A stretch of DNA of 56,987 nucleotides, the filler included, from Sphacelaria rigidula (lineage: Eukaryota), in assembly GCA_964200075.2 (NCBI GenBank). It is 7 parts of 7 records of this genome, joined end to end, with 100 filler letters (N's around TTAATTAATTAA, not from the genome) between each part and the next. Parts side by side here need not be neighbours in the genome. Positions count along the whole stretch, not along the records: positions 32,623 to 40,677 come from CAXNAA020012475.1; positions 40,778 to 48,832 come from CAXNAA020012476.1; positions 48,933 to 56,987 come from CAXNAA020012477.1; 4 more parts are not named here. One strand, written 5' to 3'. Below, one piece after another: positions 38,901 through 49,449 of the stretch. Below the pieces are notes generated by a model. The model worked only from the letters and a program-made list of their open reading frames with translations, was not told the DNA's origin and ran no database searches. Position 1 is the first letter of the stretch; every line of letters begins with the position of its first letter. The translations under genes and the position numbers were made by a program.

Positions 38901-39825
38901 ACAAGGCAAAAGTAAGAGATATGATCGAAATAAGGGAAAAAGGAGCGCTAAGACGCAAAGTAGACGAGGAAGAACACCTGGAGATGCACGGGTGGTTGAG
39001 AGGGGATAGGGATAAAATAAGTTTTGCATGACCTAATGGACGCTGCAAAAAATGTGAAGCTGCGATTTCGGGTAGGGGACCTTGACCTATCGGAAACAAG
39101 ATAGATATATACCAGTTGTCGTGTGGGGGAGGAAGAAGATGCACAGAACTGCCCCTGTGGCAAAGGAATAGAGAGCAGAAGTCATATAGTTGCAGAATGT
39201 GAACTATACAAGGAGGAACGGGACGTGCTAAAGGGGAAAATGCGAGACGTAAACGAAGATAGCATGGAATCGTTTAAGGCATCAGACAGTAGGGAGAAAA
39301 CGATGGCTATACCAGGAGATAGATGGTGGCCAGAGACGGCGAAAGAGGACGGGGATAAGATATGTGAAAGGTTTTTGCGAATTGTATGGAAGAAACGTCA
39401 TGAGCGCCGGAATGTTGGAGGTGTCTCTATTAGGAGTGGGAACGGTGCTCCGTCTCGAAAGGGGTGTGTGGTCAGTGGTCAAACGACTAAGGCAAGCAAC
39501 AAATGAGTACGCTTCCCCCTCCCCCTTCCCCCGCCCCCCCCGACTGGCTCGGTCTCGAAAGAGATGCGTGGTCAATGGTCAAACGACTAAAGCAAGCAAC
39601 AAATGAGAACACTCCCCTTCCCCTCCCCGCCCCTCTTTTGTTGTTTGTTTTACAGTCAGTTTTGATCGTCCTCATTCTCTACTTCCGGCTTTCTCTTTTC
39701 TCGTCCACATGCTGTCAGATCCGTTGGGGATCCCCGTGACGTTCTTGTTCTTCCTGTGTCGTCAAAGGCGTCAGATCAACCCTCGCGTCGAGAATCCCAG
39801 AGACTTGGGCAAGGAGGACGTAGTG
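32928..39825 (+). CDS. Multi-pass membrane protein of the protist receptor-like type (KLKIVIVVWQI...YLRADFSIEC...YPLGIP), partial. Exons 32928-33486, 33839-33861, 34197-34336, 35255-35549, 36255-36338, 37246-37378, 39719-39825
   Basis: Seven phase-compatible GT-AG exons give successive hydrophobic helices and the motifs KLKIVIVVWQI, F.CE..YLRADFSIECD and Y.A.MI.LYPLGIP, which I recognise from C-terminal membrane domains of large stramenopile surface proteins. The start is uncertain: ATG at 32955 or upstream exons outside the contig. Confidence 0.8.
36920..37000 (-). mobile_element. Possible tRNA-like SINE head, family B
   Basis: The minus strand reads CCCGGTGGTCTAATT..(A-box-like) and GGGTTCGAACCC (B box). 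A similar 5' fragment lies at about 24033-24063. It does not fold into a full tRNA. Confidence 0.4.
38498..39610 (+). mobile_element. 5'-truncated LINE (38593-39512) with extra 3'-end units on both sides (38498-38556, 39548-39610), in an intron
   Basis: Frameshifted RT-thumb/C-terminal region (LGMYSVETNRDMRKLRWQY..) and CCHC finger CPCGKGIESRSHIVAEC. Homologous to 52130-53320(-). Confidence 0.85.
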
Positions 39826-40559
39826 GTGAGTGAAGAAAATCCGGTAAATGACAACGATATTATTAAGAAAGAGCGATAGTGTAGGAAGGACACATCTTCG
39901 CGCTTTTTCGCCCCGAAAAATTGCTATTTTCGACCGCATGCGCGAAATTAAGAACACGCGCCACAAATACCGTTTTCGCTTTGGATTCTTGAGGCGTATC
40001 AGTCGGGGATATGTGGTGCACCCGCGCATGCAAGACTGAAACGGAAAAAAAAATATGGGTTACGGATTCTCGCTTCATACGGCTCTGCGCAAAGAGCGCT
40101 TGTCGACCGAAGTCCGCCTTACCCTAGCTGGGCTAGAGTTCGACAGGAACATCTTGTATAGTCATTCGTTCTCTCAAGTAACGTTTCTGGACTGCCCCGG
40201 CCACGTTGTCCAGGCGGGTGGGGAATCCCCATAGTATCCCACGTAGTGGGCGCGCGCTACCCGAAGGTCCAGCAGCAGCAACTATGGCACCGCAGAATCG
40301 ACTACTATCGGCTTATTTGCTATTCGTCACACACAACGGTCAAACCCGGCGTGCCTTTTCGGAACTGACATTCTGAGTCTTACCTGCTCATGACGCCAAC
40401 CAAGTAGTCGGCGTTTACGGGGTGGAGGAGATCTGGAATATATACAGACCTCTTGTGTCGAGCCCATAATGGCCATTGCTCGGCACGTCTCTGCCGACTC
40501 GCAAGGGAGCACATGTTGTAATGGTGTAGAGCGCGCCGCTTGTGGTAACCCTCAGTGAC

Positions 40560-40599
40560 AGTAGTAGTCGCAGTAGTAGTGGTCGCAGTAGTAGTAGTC

Positions 40600-40633
<34 letters not shown>

Positions 40634-40635
40634 CA

Positions 40636-40677
<42 letters not shown>
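40560..40677. repeat. (AGT)n microsatellite at contig end
   Basis: Direct observation. Confidence 0.95.
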
Positions 40678-40888
40678 NNNNNNNNNNNNNNNNNNNNNNN
40701 NNNNNNNNNNNNNNNNNNNNNTTAATTAATTAANNNNNNNNNNNNNNNNNNNNNNNNNNNNNNNNNNNNNNNNNNNNGGGACAGATGGGTTGATCCCTTG
40801 AGACGACGGACTCATCCCGAGGAAGGGGACGGGTTCGAAGTGTGAGGAATATATATACATAAACATATATATACATATATATATATAT

Positions 40889-41013
40889 ATCGATAGCCAT
40901 TGGACTAGTAATAGATTTGGTGAGACATCCATCGATAATCATTGCTGTTATCAATAGGTTTGGTGAGCCAACGATCGATAGTCATTGCCGTTATCAAAAG
41001 ATTAGGTGAGCCA
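40889..41013. repeat. Three diverged ~42-bp tandem repeats (ATCGATA.CATTG..GT.AT..A.AG.TT.GGTGAG.CA)
   Basis: Direct alignment by eye. Confidence 0.7.
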
Positions 41014-42250
41014 TTTAAAATGTGGACAGATAGCACCCTGTAGGACGTGCTGCACAGGGTTCTTCGCAGTCTTGGTGAAAACCCCTGTACAGCATTTGCA
41101 AACCCTAGTACCTCTACCAGCATTTTGTGTAGCGTTTTACTCGAGACCCTGTAAGCATACCTGTGGAGAGACACTCCCATTTTGAAAATTCCAAATTATT
41201 TTGTCACAACATTTATGAATTTATTTATTTCGAGAAGCTGTTCGAAAAAATTCCTTTTTTTGCAGGATTTCCAATTGGGCAATCGGGCAACAAGAGAAAT
41301 CATTCCGGACAGCAGAAGAAGCTATTCGAAGCAGAATGTTTTTTTGCTTCGTTAAATTGGGCAAAAAAAGGGATCTATCTTGAACAGCTTTATCTGCTGC
41401 ACAAATCATATACACTTGTACGGGGTTTGTGGAGCAAAAGAAGCTATTCAAAATAATTCCTCTTTTTGCCTGATTAAATTGGGCAAAAAGGATTCATTTT
41501 GTACAGCTTCATTTGCACCACAATTCCGATACACACTGGCAGATTTGGAATATATACAGGAGAAGAATCTCGAAATAAATCCTCATTTCACCCGCTGATT
41601 TAACCGGAAATTAGGCAAAAAGAGAACTAACTCATTGCGAATAGCCTCAACTGTGCAAGTTCCGCACACTGCACCATAATCAGCGGATGGGATCCGAGAT
41701 GCAGCAAAGAATATTGAAAATATTTCATCCTCTTGCCCACCAGTTTATATATCAATTGGGCTAGAGGATAGAATTCTCAACAGCTTTTGCTGAATACGAA
41801 TCTCAAACACTGTTGACGAGTGTAGGTCTACACGCCTGAGCTTAGATACGATGTTTCGACTTCAGGCTTGGATGCTGAAAAAAAGGTGTATCCCTCGCAT
41901 ATCTATTCATATAGTTCATAGAAACCCCGTGGTCCAATGTCTACCAAGACAAACCACATGATGTTTCGAAAAAAATCACTCAATCAATCATGCTTTTGTT
42001 TATGGAGGTTTTTGCTTGATATTTATTAGAAGCACAAATAGTACTGTAACGACACGTCAATACCAAATAGGGTGGCTCAAGGTACGTTTCGCGGTGGTCC
42101 CGAGCACGACAACGTGAGTTCAAGATCTACCTCTGCCATTTCCCGACCGTTTTTTTCTGCCAGCACCATGCCCATGCTGTATGATGGAGTGTATTGTACG
42201 TGCGCGATAAACACTGTACAGCATATTAACAACAATGAACAGTAAACAAC

Positions 42251-42658
42251 AAATTGTGCGAATTGAGGTTCAACTCCGAGATGAGGTTCAAGCCTAAAAC
42301 AGTGCTTTCCCCACACTTTCAGCGATGGTGCCCAATGACGTTTTTGTCGGCCTAATGCCCCTCGATCGCGTAGATACCTCTTCAGCGCAATTCACCGACT
42401 CTGTGAGCTTACAGCGCTGACCGAAACCGTCATTTCCCCCCCTCCCCTTTTTTGAGGGGGGTAATATCAGGGGAAATGACGGTTTCGGTCAGCGCTGTAA
42501 GCTCACAGAGTCGGTGAATTGCGCTGAAAAAGTATCTACGCGATCGAGGGGCATTAGGCCGACAAAAACGTCATTGGGCACCATCGCTGAAAGTGTGGGG
42601 AAAGCACTGTTTTAGGCTTGAACCTCATCGCAGAGTTAAACCTCAATTCGCACAATTT
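42251..42658. repeat. Near-perfect inverted repeat, 189-bp arms (42251-42439 and 42470-42658), 30-nt loop
   Basis: The arms differ at only 5 positions. Confidence 0.95.
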
Positions 42659-43742
42659 TTTGTCAATTGTTGCTGCTACGGTGTGTTCTACGGTGTGTAG
42701 CTGTCTCTCCCTTTCTCTTTCTCCTGACTCCCCTCTTCCAAGCCTGCAGCCAAGTGTGAGTATTGTATACTGAGTGTGCTCTCCCACTGTACTGTGTGTG
42801 TGCCTATTACAAACACCGAGAAGAAGTCGGAGGATCGTTGAGAACAGTGAACGATAGTGTATTGCAGTGTCTTACTGTGCTACACTGTCTGTAGGTTTCA
42901 AGGATGGGACTAATTGATGATTTGTCTGAAAATCACTTGATTTTAGTGTAATTGATTCGTGCCGTGCGAATCAATTCTAAGGCTTTGTTGTCAGCGTTGC
43001 AAGCCAGGTGCGCGCAGCTCGGCCACGTAGAATGCAAAAGTTGCGTGGAGACCTGTTTGACCAGCGGTCGACTTTTTCTCTCTTTCGAGCAATCAGGCCT
43101 AAGAAATCGTAGATTTGGCTATTCGAACCGGCAATAGTTCGTCCGAACCGTGGTAGGTTCTATTTGAATTATCATGACAGCCAAGTGACAGCTGTTTCGT
43201 TCTTTCCTCCGTTGACCGGAACAATAATGCAAATCCGGTTATGCATAATCGTATTCGTACTTGACTGCAATCCGGCTTGCTAGAAGTTGTATATTGGGAA
43301 GATTCGTCCCGATCCACAACCCTCAGATCCCGCTACGCTCTGATCCTCCACGATGCTCCTCTTGGAAAATTGAAATATATATACTTCTCGAAGTATGAAA
43401 TTTCCGCGATCACAGGCAGATATGCAAAGCACAGCGTAGATGCGAATAGACATGCACTAATGAGGGAAAAGGTCTGCACCTTTTCGCGTCCGGAGCATTT
43501 CTTCATCCTGGTCCTAAAAGCACACCACAAGCAAGTATTACGAACGATGCAATCCACTCTCAGGGTCGACAACTCAAATAATAGTACCTTCTCCATTTTA
43601 CTCTATCATCCCCCACTTTCTTTCTTTTACTTTCTTCCCTTAGGTCCTTTCCTTGTGCAGCGTTACGTTTCCTGAAATATTAGGGCTACTAGAGATATAT
43701 GATTTTAGAATCCGTTCTTACACCCTACTGTATGCAGATAGC

Positions 43743-46700
43743 TGTAGCTAAATGATACCAAGCCGTAGGTTTCAATATAATCGCATGTATGATTGGAGCA
43801 GTCACAGAGGACAGGGGATCTCGGAATGATGGCCCTTTTCTGTGTTTCCCCTTGCTCTCTGGTTCGTAATGTGGTCTGTTGAGGATCACTCCGCAATAAT
43901 TCCAAGTTACAAGAAAGGACTTGTCGAGCACGAGGCCAGTGCGACTGGAGGAGTCCCTCGTTGATAGTCCTCTTCTCCAGATCATCTGGTAGAGGCTATA
44001 ATACCTAGATGTTATTATTTTCGGCACTGTTGGAGGAGTTTGGCTGGGGAGACGGGCCGCAGCTGGAAGCCAGCTTGGTCTGCAGTCGGGCAGATTAACT
44101 TGTAGCCAACTTGAAGCGCACAGCAGTGGAGGACGCTCCGTGGGCTGGAGGGTGCATAAGTCAGGCAAGATGCTCGCCGTGAAGTGGTGAATTCTAGACG
44201 ATATGGCTCAAGCGGTGGCAGCCCCGCTGGTATTAGGTGAGCCACTAGAACCGCCAAAGTATGGGGAAGTGTGGACTGAAGAAACGTCGAAAGTTTTTAA
44301 TGTCGAATATCTCGACTATTTAGAGACGTTGCATATGACCAGTGCAGCAGGAGTTAGAAGGCATGCTAGGGTGAGCATCGGACAACTTATTTCAACATAT
44401 GTTCACCGGTGCTTTGGAGGCATCCACAAAGACTGTCGGGCTATGACCCCCGAGGAATTACTAGATGCTGTGAAGCAGCATGCCGGGTACACCACAACCG
44501 GCGGCAAGCATGACACTGCGCGGGCTGCAGCAGACCTACGTAAAAGTCTTGCTATGCCACAACAGCGGTAGAATATCCGTGAAGGATCGTGCGATGATGG
44601 CCAATTCATCGATGGAAACGTTTTCGCAGAAAACCTCACGGTGCAAACCATGTACCGTGCGGAGGACAGGAGCTGGTTGCCAGGGCCGGCCGAGTCGGTT
44701 TCCACGGCTTTGGTAGACTGGATTTCGCCTCCGGAATTCAAGGCGTAAGTTAGAAGCGTACTAACGTATGTTGACGACTGGAAAAAGATCCCGACGGTGG
44801 TGTTCAACGAAATATTGATGCCGCCGACCACTGGAAGTTTTTTGAGGCACATAGGTGGCGCGATTCTGCGGCAAGTACAGGTAGTGTGCGCCGCAAACAG
44901 CAACAGAAATGGAAACAGCAGCCGTCTTCGCGAGCGTCGTCCACTCGCGCGTGTTGCAACTGCGACGACATCGGACACCTGATTAAGGACTACCCCAAGC
45001 CTTGCGCTCAAGGCACTGCTCAGGGAAATGAGCGAGATTCATCAGGATCTCGAGGTAGTCGTCACGGTGGACGGGGCCGTGCCAACCAGGGACGCGGGCG
45101 CGACGGCCGCGGTAGCAGGCAATCGGCGGCGGATGGTGGTTCCTCCGCTGCTGTTCCTTCCACTACGTCATCAGGTGGTGACTCTGGATCTTGTGGTTCG
45201 CCCGTAGCGGGGTGGATAGTGTACGTGGGAAATGCGAATACTTCGGTGGGGAGTGCTCGAGCGAATAGTTTGCAACCCCTCGGTCAGGTAGAATCCGTGT
45301 CTGGTGCATCTCCTACTGCTGCGACGGCTGTTCCAGCGCCGTCTGCATATTCCGCGACGTGGTCTGGGTGGACCACCGATTCTCAGTTATCGATGTCAAG
45401 TGCTTGAGCGCAGCCCTGCCGTCAGGTGAATCGTGGTACCGACCAGGGTTCCTCGGCAGGTGGGGTACCTGTTGATCGCAAGGCTGAATGTTTACGCGCA
45501 GATTCATCATTGCCTGATTCCGTCGGTTCGTTCATGGCCCGCGTTATTCTGGATTCTGGATCCGCGCTCACGTCGATCGGTGTGGGGTTGCTAGAACAAG
45601 TGTCTTTGCAGTTTGGCGGCGCTCAGCTTCAGATTCCGTACGAAAACGGACCTCAAACGGCACAGACTGCCACGGGTGCTCCCGTGATGGTTACACATAA
45701 AATGGTGCCGACTGCTGTTAGCGTGCGTACGCCGTGGGGGGCTGTGGAGTTGCAGCCCATTACTTTCGCTGTTATGCCGGGTAGGTACAACGTGGTTCTG
45801 TTCGGGATGGCGACGATGAAGGAGCCCGGGATTGATTTGTACCCGCTGGCGTAGGATAGGTTACGCCCGCGTGCTGTACCGGTGCAAACCGGCGTTGAAA
45901 GCCCCAGCTATTTTGCTGCAAAGAGTGTGACCGTATCCATACGGTCGTTCCAGAGCGCCAATGAGGAGGAGGCTCCTGCGGATGAAGCGGTGGAGCGCTT
46001 GGTCGATCGGGGGCCGGAAATGTTCATGGACCCTGGAGAGGAGAGAGGTGCAAGAGAACGTGCGCTAGAGGATAGCGTGCAGCGGGCGGAGCAGAAGGGC
46101 CTGAGCGCCGATGTCGCATATCGTCTGCGTGATATTTTGGCTCGTCGCGTGGATACAATTCGTCGTGCGCTGCGTGGTGATCCGTTATAGTGCGCGTGGA
46201 GCCCATAAGGGTGCAACTAAAGCCACAGGCAAAGCCTGTGAAGGCCAAGCCCAGACGTTACGATCCAGTGAAGACCGGGTGGCTTGCCTCATGCATCGCA
46301 GCTTTAGTGGCGTTTGGTTTGTTGGTTATGAACATCGAGGCTGTGTGGGCGAGTCCGGCGATGGCGGTGCCGAAGCGGGACACATTCCGTTTGGTTAGCG
46401 ACTATCAAGCGGTGAATGCGCAAGTGGAACAGTCTCCGGGGGTGATGCCGAGCGAAGAAGACATGCGGGAGTTGCTGGGAGCCCAATGCTTTGGCAAGTT
46501 GGACCTGCGACAGGGATATTGGCAGATGCCTCTAGCGCCGGAGGCTCAGGGGATCATCACGATCGTCACGCCTGACGGTTTGTTTACGCGTACTCGTGTC
46601 CCGCAGGCCGTGTTAGACGCCACAGCGTATTTTCAAGGTGTGCTGATAGACATTTCACGAGGTCTATTTCTCTGAAACCGAAGAAGCATCGTTAGCTTTG

Positions 46701-47744
46701 CTTGACAAAATTCGTGGCCGCTTGGAGAGTGTTGGTCTGTTCGTCGCTCTGCATAAGTACACCTTTTTCTCCCGCGAAGTGGTTTGGTGTGATAAGGTGT
46801 ACTCCAAGGGTACTGTTTCGCATGATCCCGCCCGCATCCAACTTTTGAGCAATATGCGACGTCCTCAAACCGCTAGTGAGCTGCTGCAGTTTCTGCAGGC
46901 GGTGAATTGGTTGCGGACTTCGCTCCCGCGCATGGCGGAAGTTGTTGCGCCGCTTCGTGTGTTTTCGGAACAACTCATGGTCGGGGCTTCGCGTCGGATT
47001 AAGCGGGTGGCGCGTAATCCAATCATCCTGGAGGATGCTTGGACGGAGGATCGTGTGCGGGCATGGCGTGCTGCGCAAGATTTGGTGGCGCAAGCGGGCC
47101 GCTGTATCATCCTCGCTCAGGGTACGTTGTTCTTGTGTTTCCGGATGCTTTGTTCTGATGTTTCTAGATGCCCCGGATTTCCACTGGGGTAGTTTGAAAC
47201 GTAAGAGCCTGTCGCCGAGTTTAGTAGTAGCATTGCGCTCGAAAATACGTCACACGAATCGTTGGCTTTTTTTAGTGGTAGCTTCAAGGCTTCACAGTCG
47301 CGGCAGGCGACAGTGGACAAAAAAGGAGGTTTCGCGATAGTCAATACATTTCGAAGGCTAGAGTATTTGCTTCGGGGGGGTGTTCGCATTTTCACCGATC
47401 ATCGCAATCTGAAATAATTTTTGAACCCTGAAGAGTGTGCCACATCGGTGATGAGAGCCATGGCACGACGGCTTGAAAATTGAAAAGGGCTGCTCGTTCA
47501 ACATCGGTATGTCATTGAACACATTCCTGGAGAGCGCAGTTGTTGGGCAGATTTGTTGTCTAGCTGAGTGAAGGTTCCTACCGTGCCTGTTTGTCCTGTT
47601 GCCGTGTAGAGCCCGTGTGATGCCGATGATTCGCTTACCTCATTAGATGTTATTCGTGCCGCGCAGCGCAAAGCAGTCAGCGACGGTGCTGGAGGGGTCC
47701 CTCGTTGAAAGGGTTCTGGTCCAGATCGTCTGGCAGAGGTTACA
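43743..47744 (+). mobile_element. Decayed Ty3/gypsy LTR retrotransposon: 5' LTR 43743-44003, gag, protease, RT, RNase H; integrase deleted; partial 3' LTR about 47690-47744
   Basis: Gag ORF from 44203. Degenerate zinc knuckle CCNCDDIGHLIKDYP. Protease VILDSGS. RT FRLVSDYQAVN..KLDLRQGYWQMPL..TPDGLF..RVPQ. RNase H FTDHRNL. PR-RT-RH order, with multiple stops and frameshifts. Confidence 0.92.
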
Positions 47745-47798
47745 AGGCACTCCTACAGGATGGTTCACGGATATCACCCAAAAAACACTCATTGGCAA

Positions 47799-48085
47799 AC
47801 CTTTACGCCGTTTTAAGTAGCTAGACCCTGAAATTTTGCACGAATATTCTATGGGTCATTACGCAACTTTTCAGGAACAGGGTTTTCGACTTTTTTACTT
47901 TTTCCGTCGTTTTTCGGGGGTCCCAGTCTTCTGGGGGAAACCTCGACCCAATCGGACAGCCCCGTAAAACGGTAACAACAAAAGAAAAAATCGAAAAATC
48001 CCGTTCCTGCAAAGTTGATTGATGTCCCAGATCACAGTTGTGCAAAATTTCAGGGTCTAACTCCTTGAAACGGCGTGAAGTTTTT
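47799..48085. repeat. Inverted-repeat element (arms about 47 bp)
   Basis: ACGCCGTTTTAAGTAGCTAGACCCTGAAATTTTGCAC is mirrored by GTGCAAAATTTCAGGGTCTAACTCCTTGAAACGGCGT. Confidence 0.6.
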
Positions 48086-48932
48086 GGCGTGCGATGAACG
48101 TTGCCGTACCGCGGTGAAACCGCAAACTACTTGATTTTAGTACCAAAACGGCGTTTTTGGGCCTTCTTTGACGTAAACATGGAAATTTAAGCATCAGTTG
48201 GTTGAGTTTTGCGACGAAAAATTGTGGAGCTCATCCTTGGGTTATGCGGAGGCAACTAGTTTGCGAAAAATTGAAAAAAAATATCGTAGTGCCGTTTTTC
48301 TGGGTCCTTGTCCCAGAATGGAGAATACTTTGAAAACGACTTCGATCCCATCGGATCCCCAAAAAACGGTGAAAAACTCAACAAGTACACAACACATCGT
48401 CCGTAGAAAGTTGAGTAATGATACATTTCAGGATATTACTCCTAATGACAGCATGGAAGTTTGCGCGTTTGTGGAGGACGTGGGCTTGAAACGTGCAACT
48501 CCTAACTACTTGTTTTTAGTATAGCAACGTCTTTTGGGGTGAATTTGACGTCAAGAAGAAAAACTGTATGAGGTTTCCGAGTTTCTCTACCAAACTTTGT
48601 ACTTGTGTTCCTTGGACGCTCCCGGGACGCATCATTTCATTATTTTTCTTTCAGGGCATTCTGCACCGCCTTCCGGGGGTCTTCAAGCTGGGACCCCCGG
48701 AAGCCGGCAGAGAACAGAGAAAACATGATATATCGTCAAGGAATACAATTCTTCCATTTTGAGTATCAATAGCTACGGAACTGCCGAGTTTGAGGGCGGT
48801 CTGAGCTTTTCTACAACAGATATAGGGGACACNNNNNNNNNNNNNNNNNNNNNNNNNNNNNNNNNNNNNNNNNNNNTTAATTAATTAANNNNNNNNNNNN
48901 NNNNNNNNNNNNNNNNNNNNNNNNNNNNNNNN

Positions 48933-49002
48933 GAGGCCAGTGGATTCTGGAGAAGTCCCTCACTGAATAGCCCTCTTGTCCAGATCGTCTGGCAGAGGCT
49001 AT
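48933..49002 (+). mobile_element. 3' end of an LTR of the same gypsy family, at contig start
   Basis: GAGGCCAGTG..GTCCCTC..CCTCTTGTCCAGATCGTCTGGCAGAGGCTATAA matches the LTR ends at 5344 and 44000. Confidence 0.75.
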
Positions 49003-49449
49003 AAGTCCCAGGATGTATATCATGAAGTCCGTGGCCCACCTGGATGTTTCGGCATCTGAAACACAAGCAAAAACGTGTGAGCGAAATCGCAAGCATGAAC
49101 AAAGATGTGGAGCGCACTTTGATCTCTTGCCCAACCATGGCGTCCCGGATATGAAACATCTACCCGTCTATCATGAGGCCACGGCTGGACCCCTGGGGGG
49201 TTAGTTAAAGTGCGAAAACCAATCAATCAAATCAATCGAACCCAACAACCCTCACACACGATACAATGACGTGATGCCTCGCTTCAGTTGGTACTCGACC
49301 ATCTCTTGAAAGAACATCACGTCAACCATGGAAGATGGGAATTGGTAGATCAGCTAGTTGATTTCACATCCGAAACATCGACTGCTGCAGTCAGGTACGC
49401 CACGCCACAGCCTCGTCTGGATATCCAAAGTCTTCGTCCATCTCCAGGT

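Noticed and set aside
38536-39144. 202-aa minus-strand ORF, and the hydrophobic plus-strand ORFs at 52.2-55.3 kb
   Set aside because: Antisense frames of purine-rich LINE sequence.
47690-49002. LTR fragment at 48933 as the 3' LTR of the gypsy element, or the FNIP gene as cargo of that element
   Set aside because: They lie on different contigs separated by a linker.
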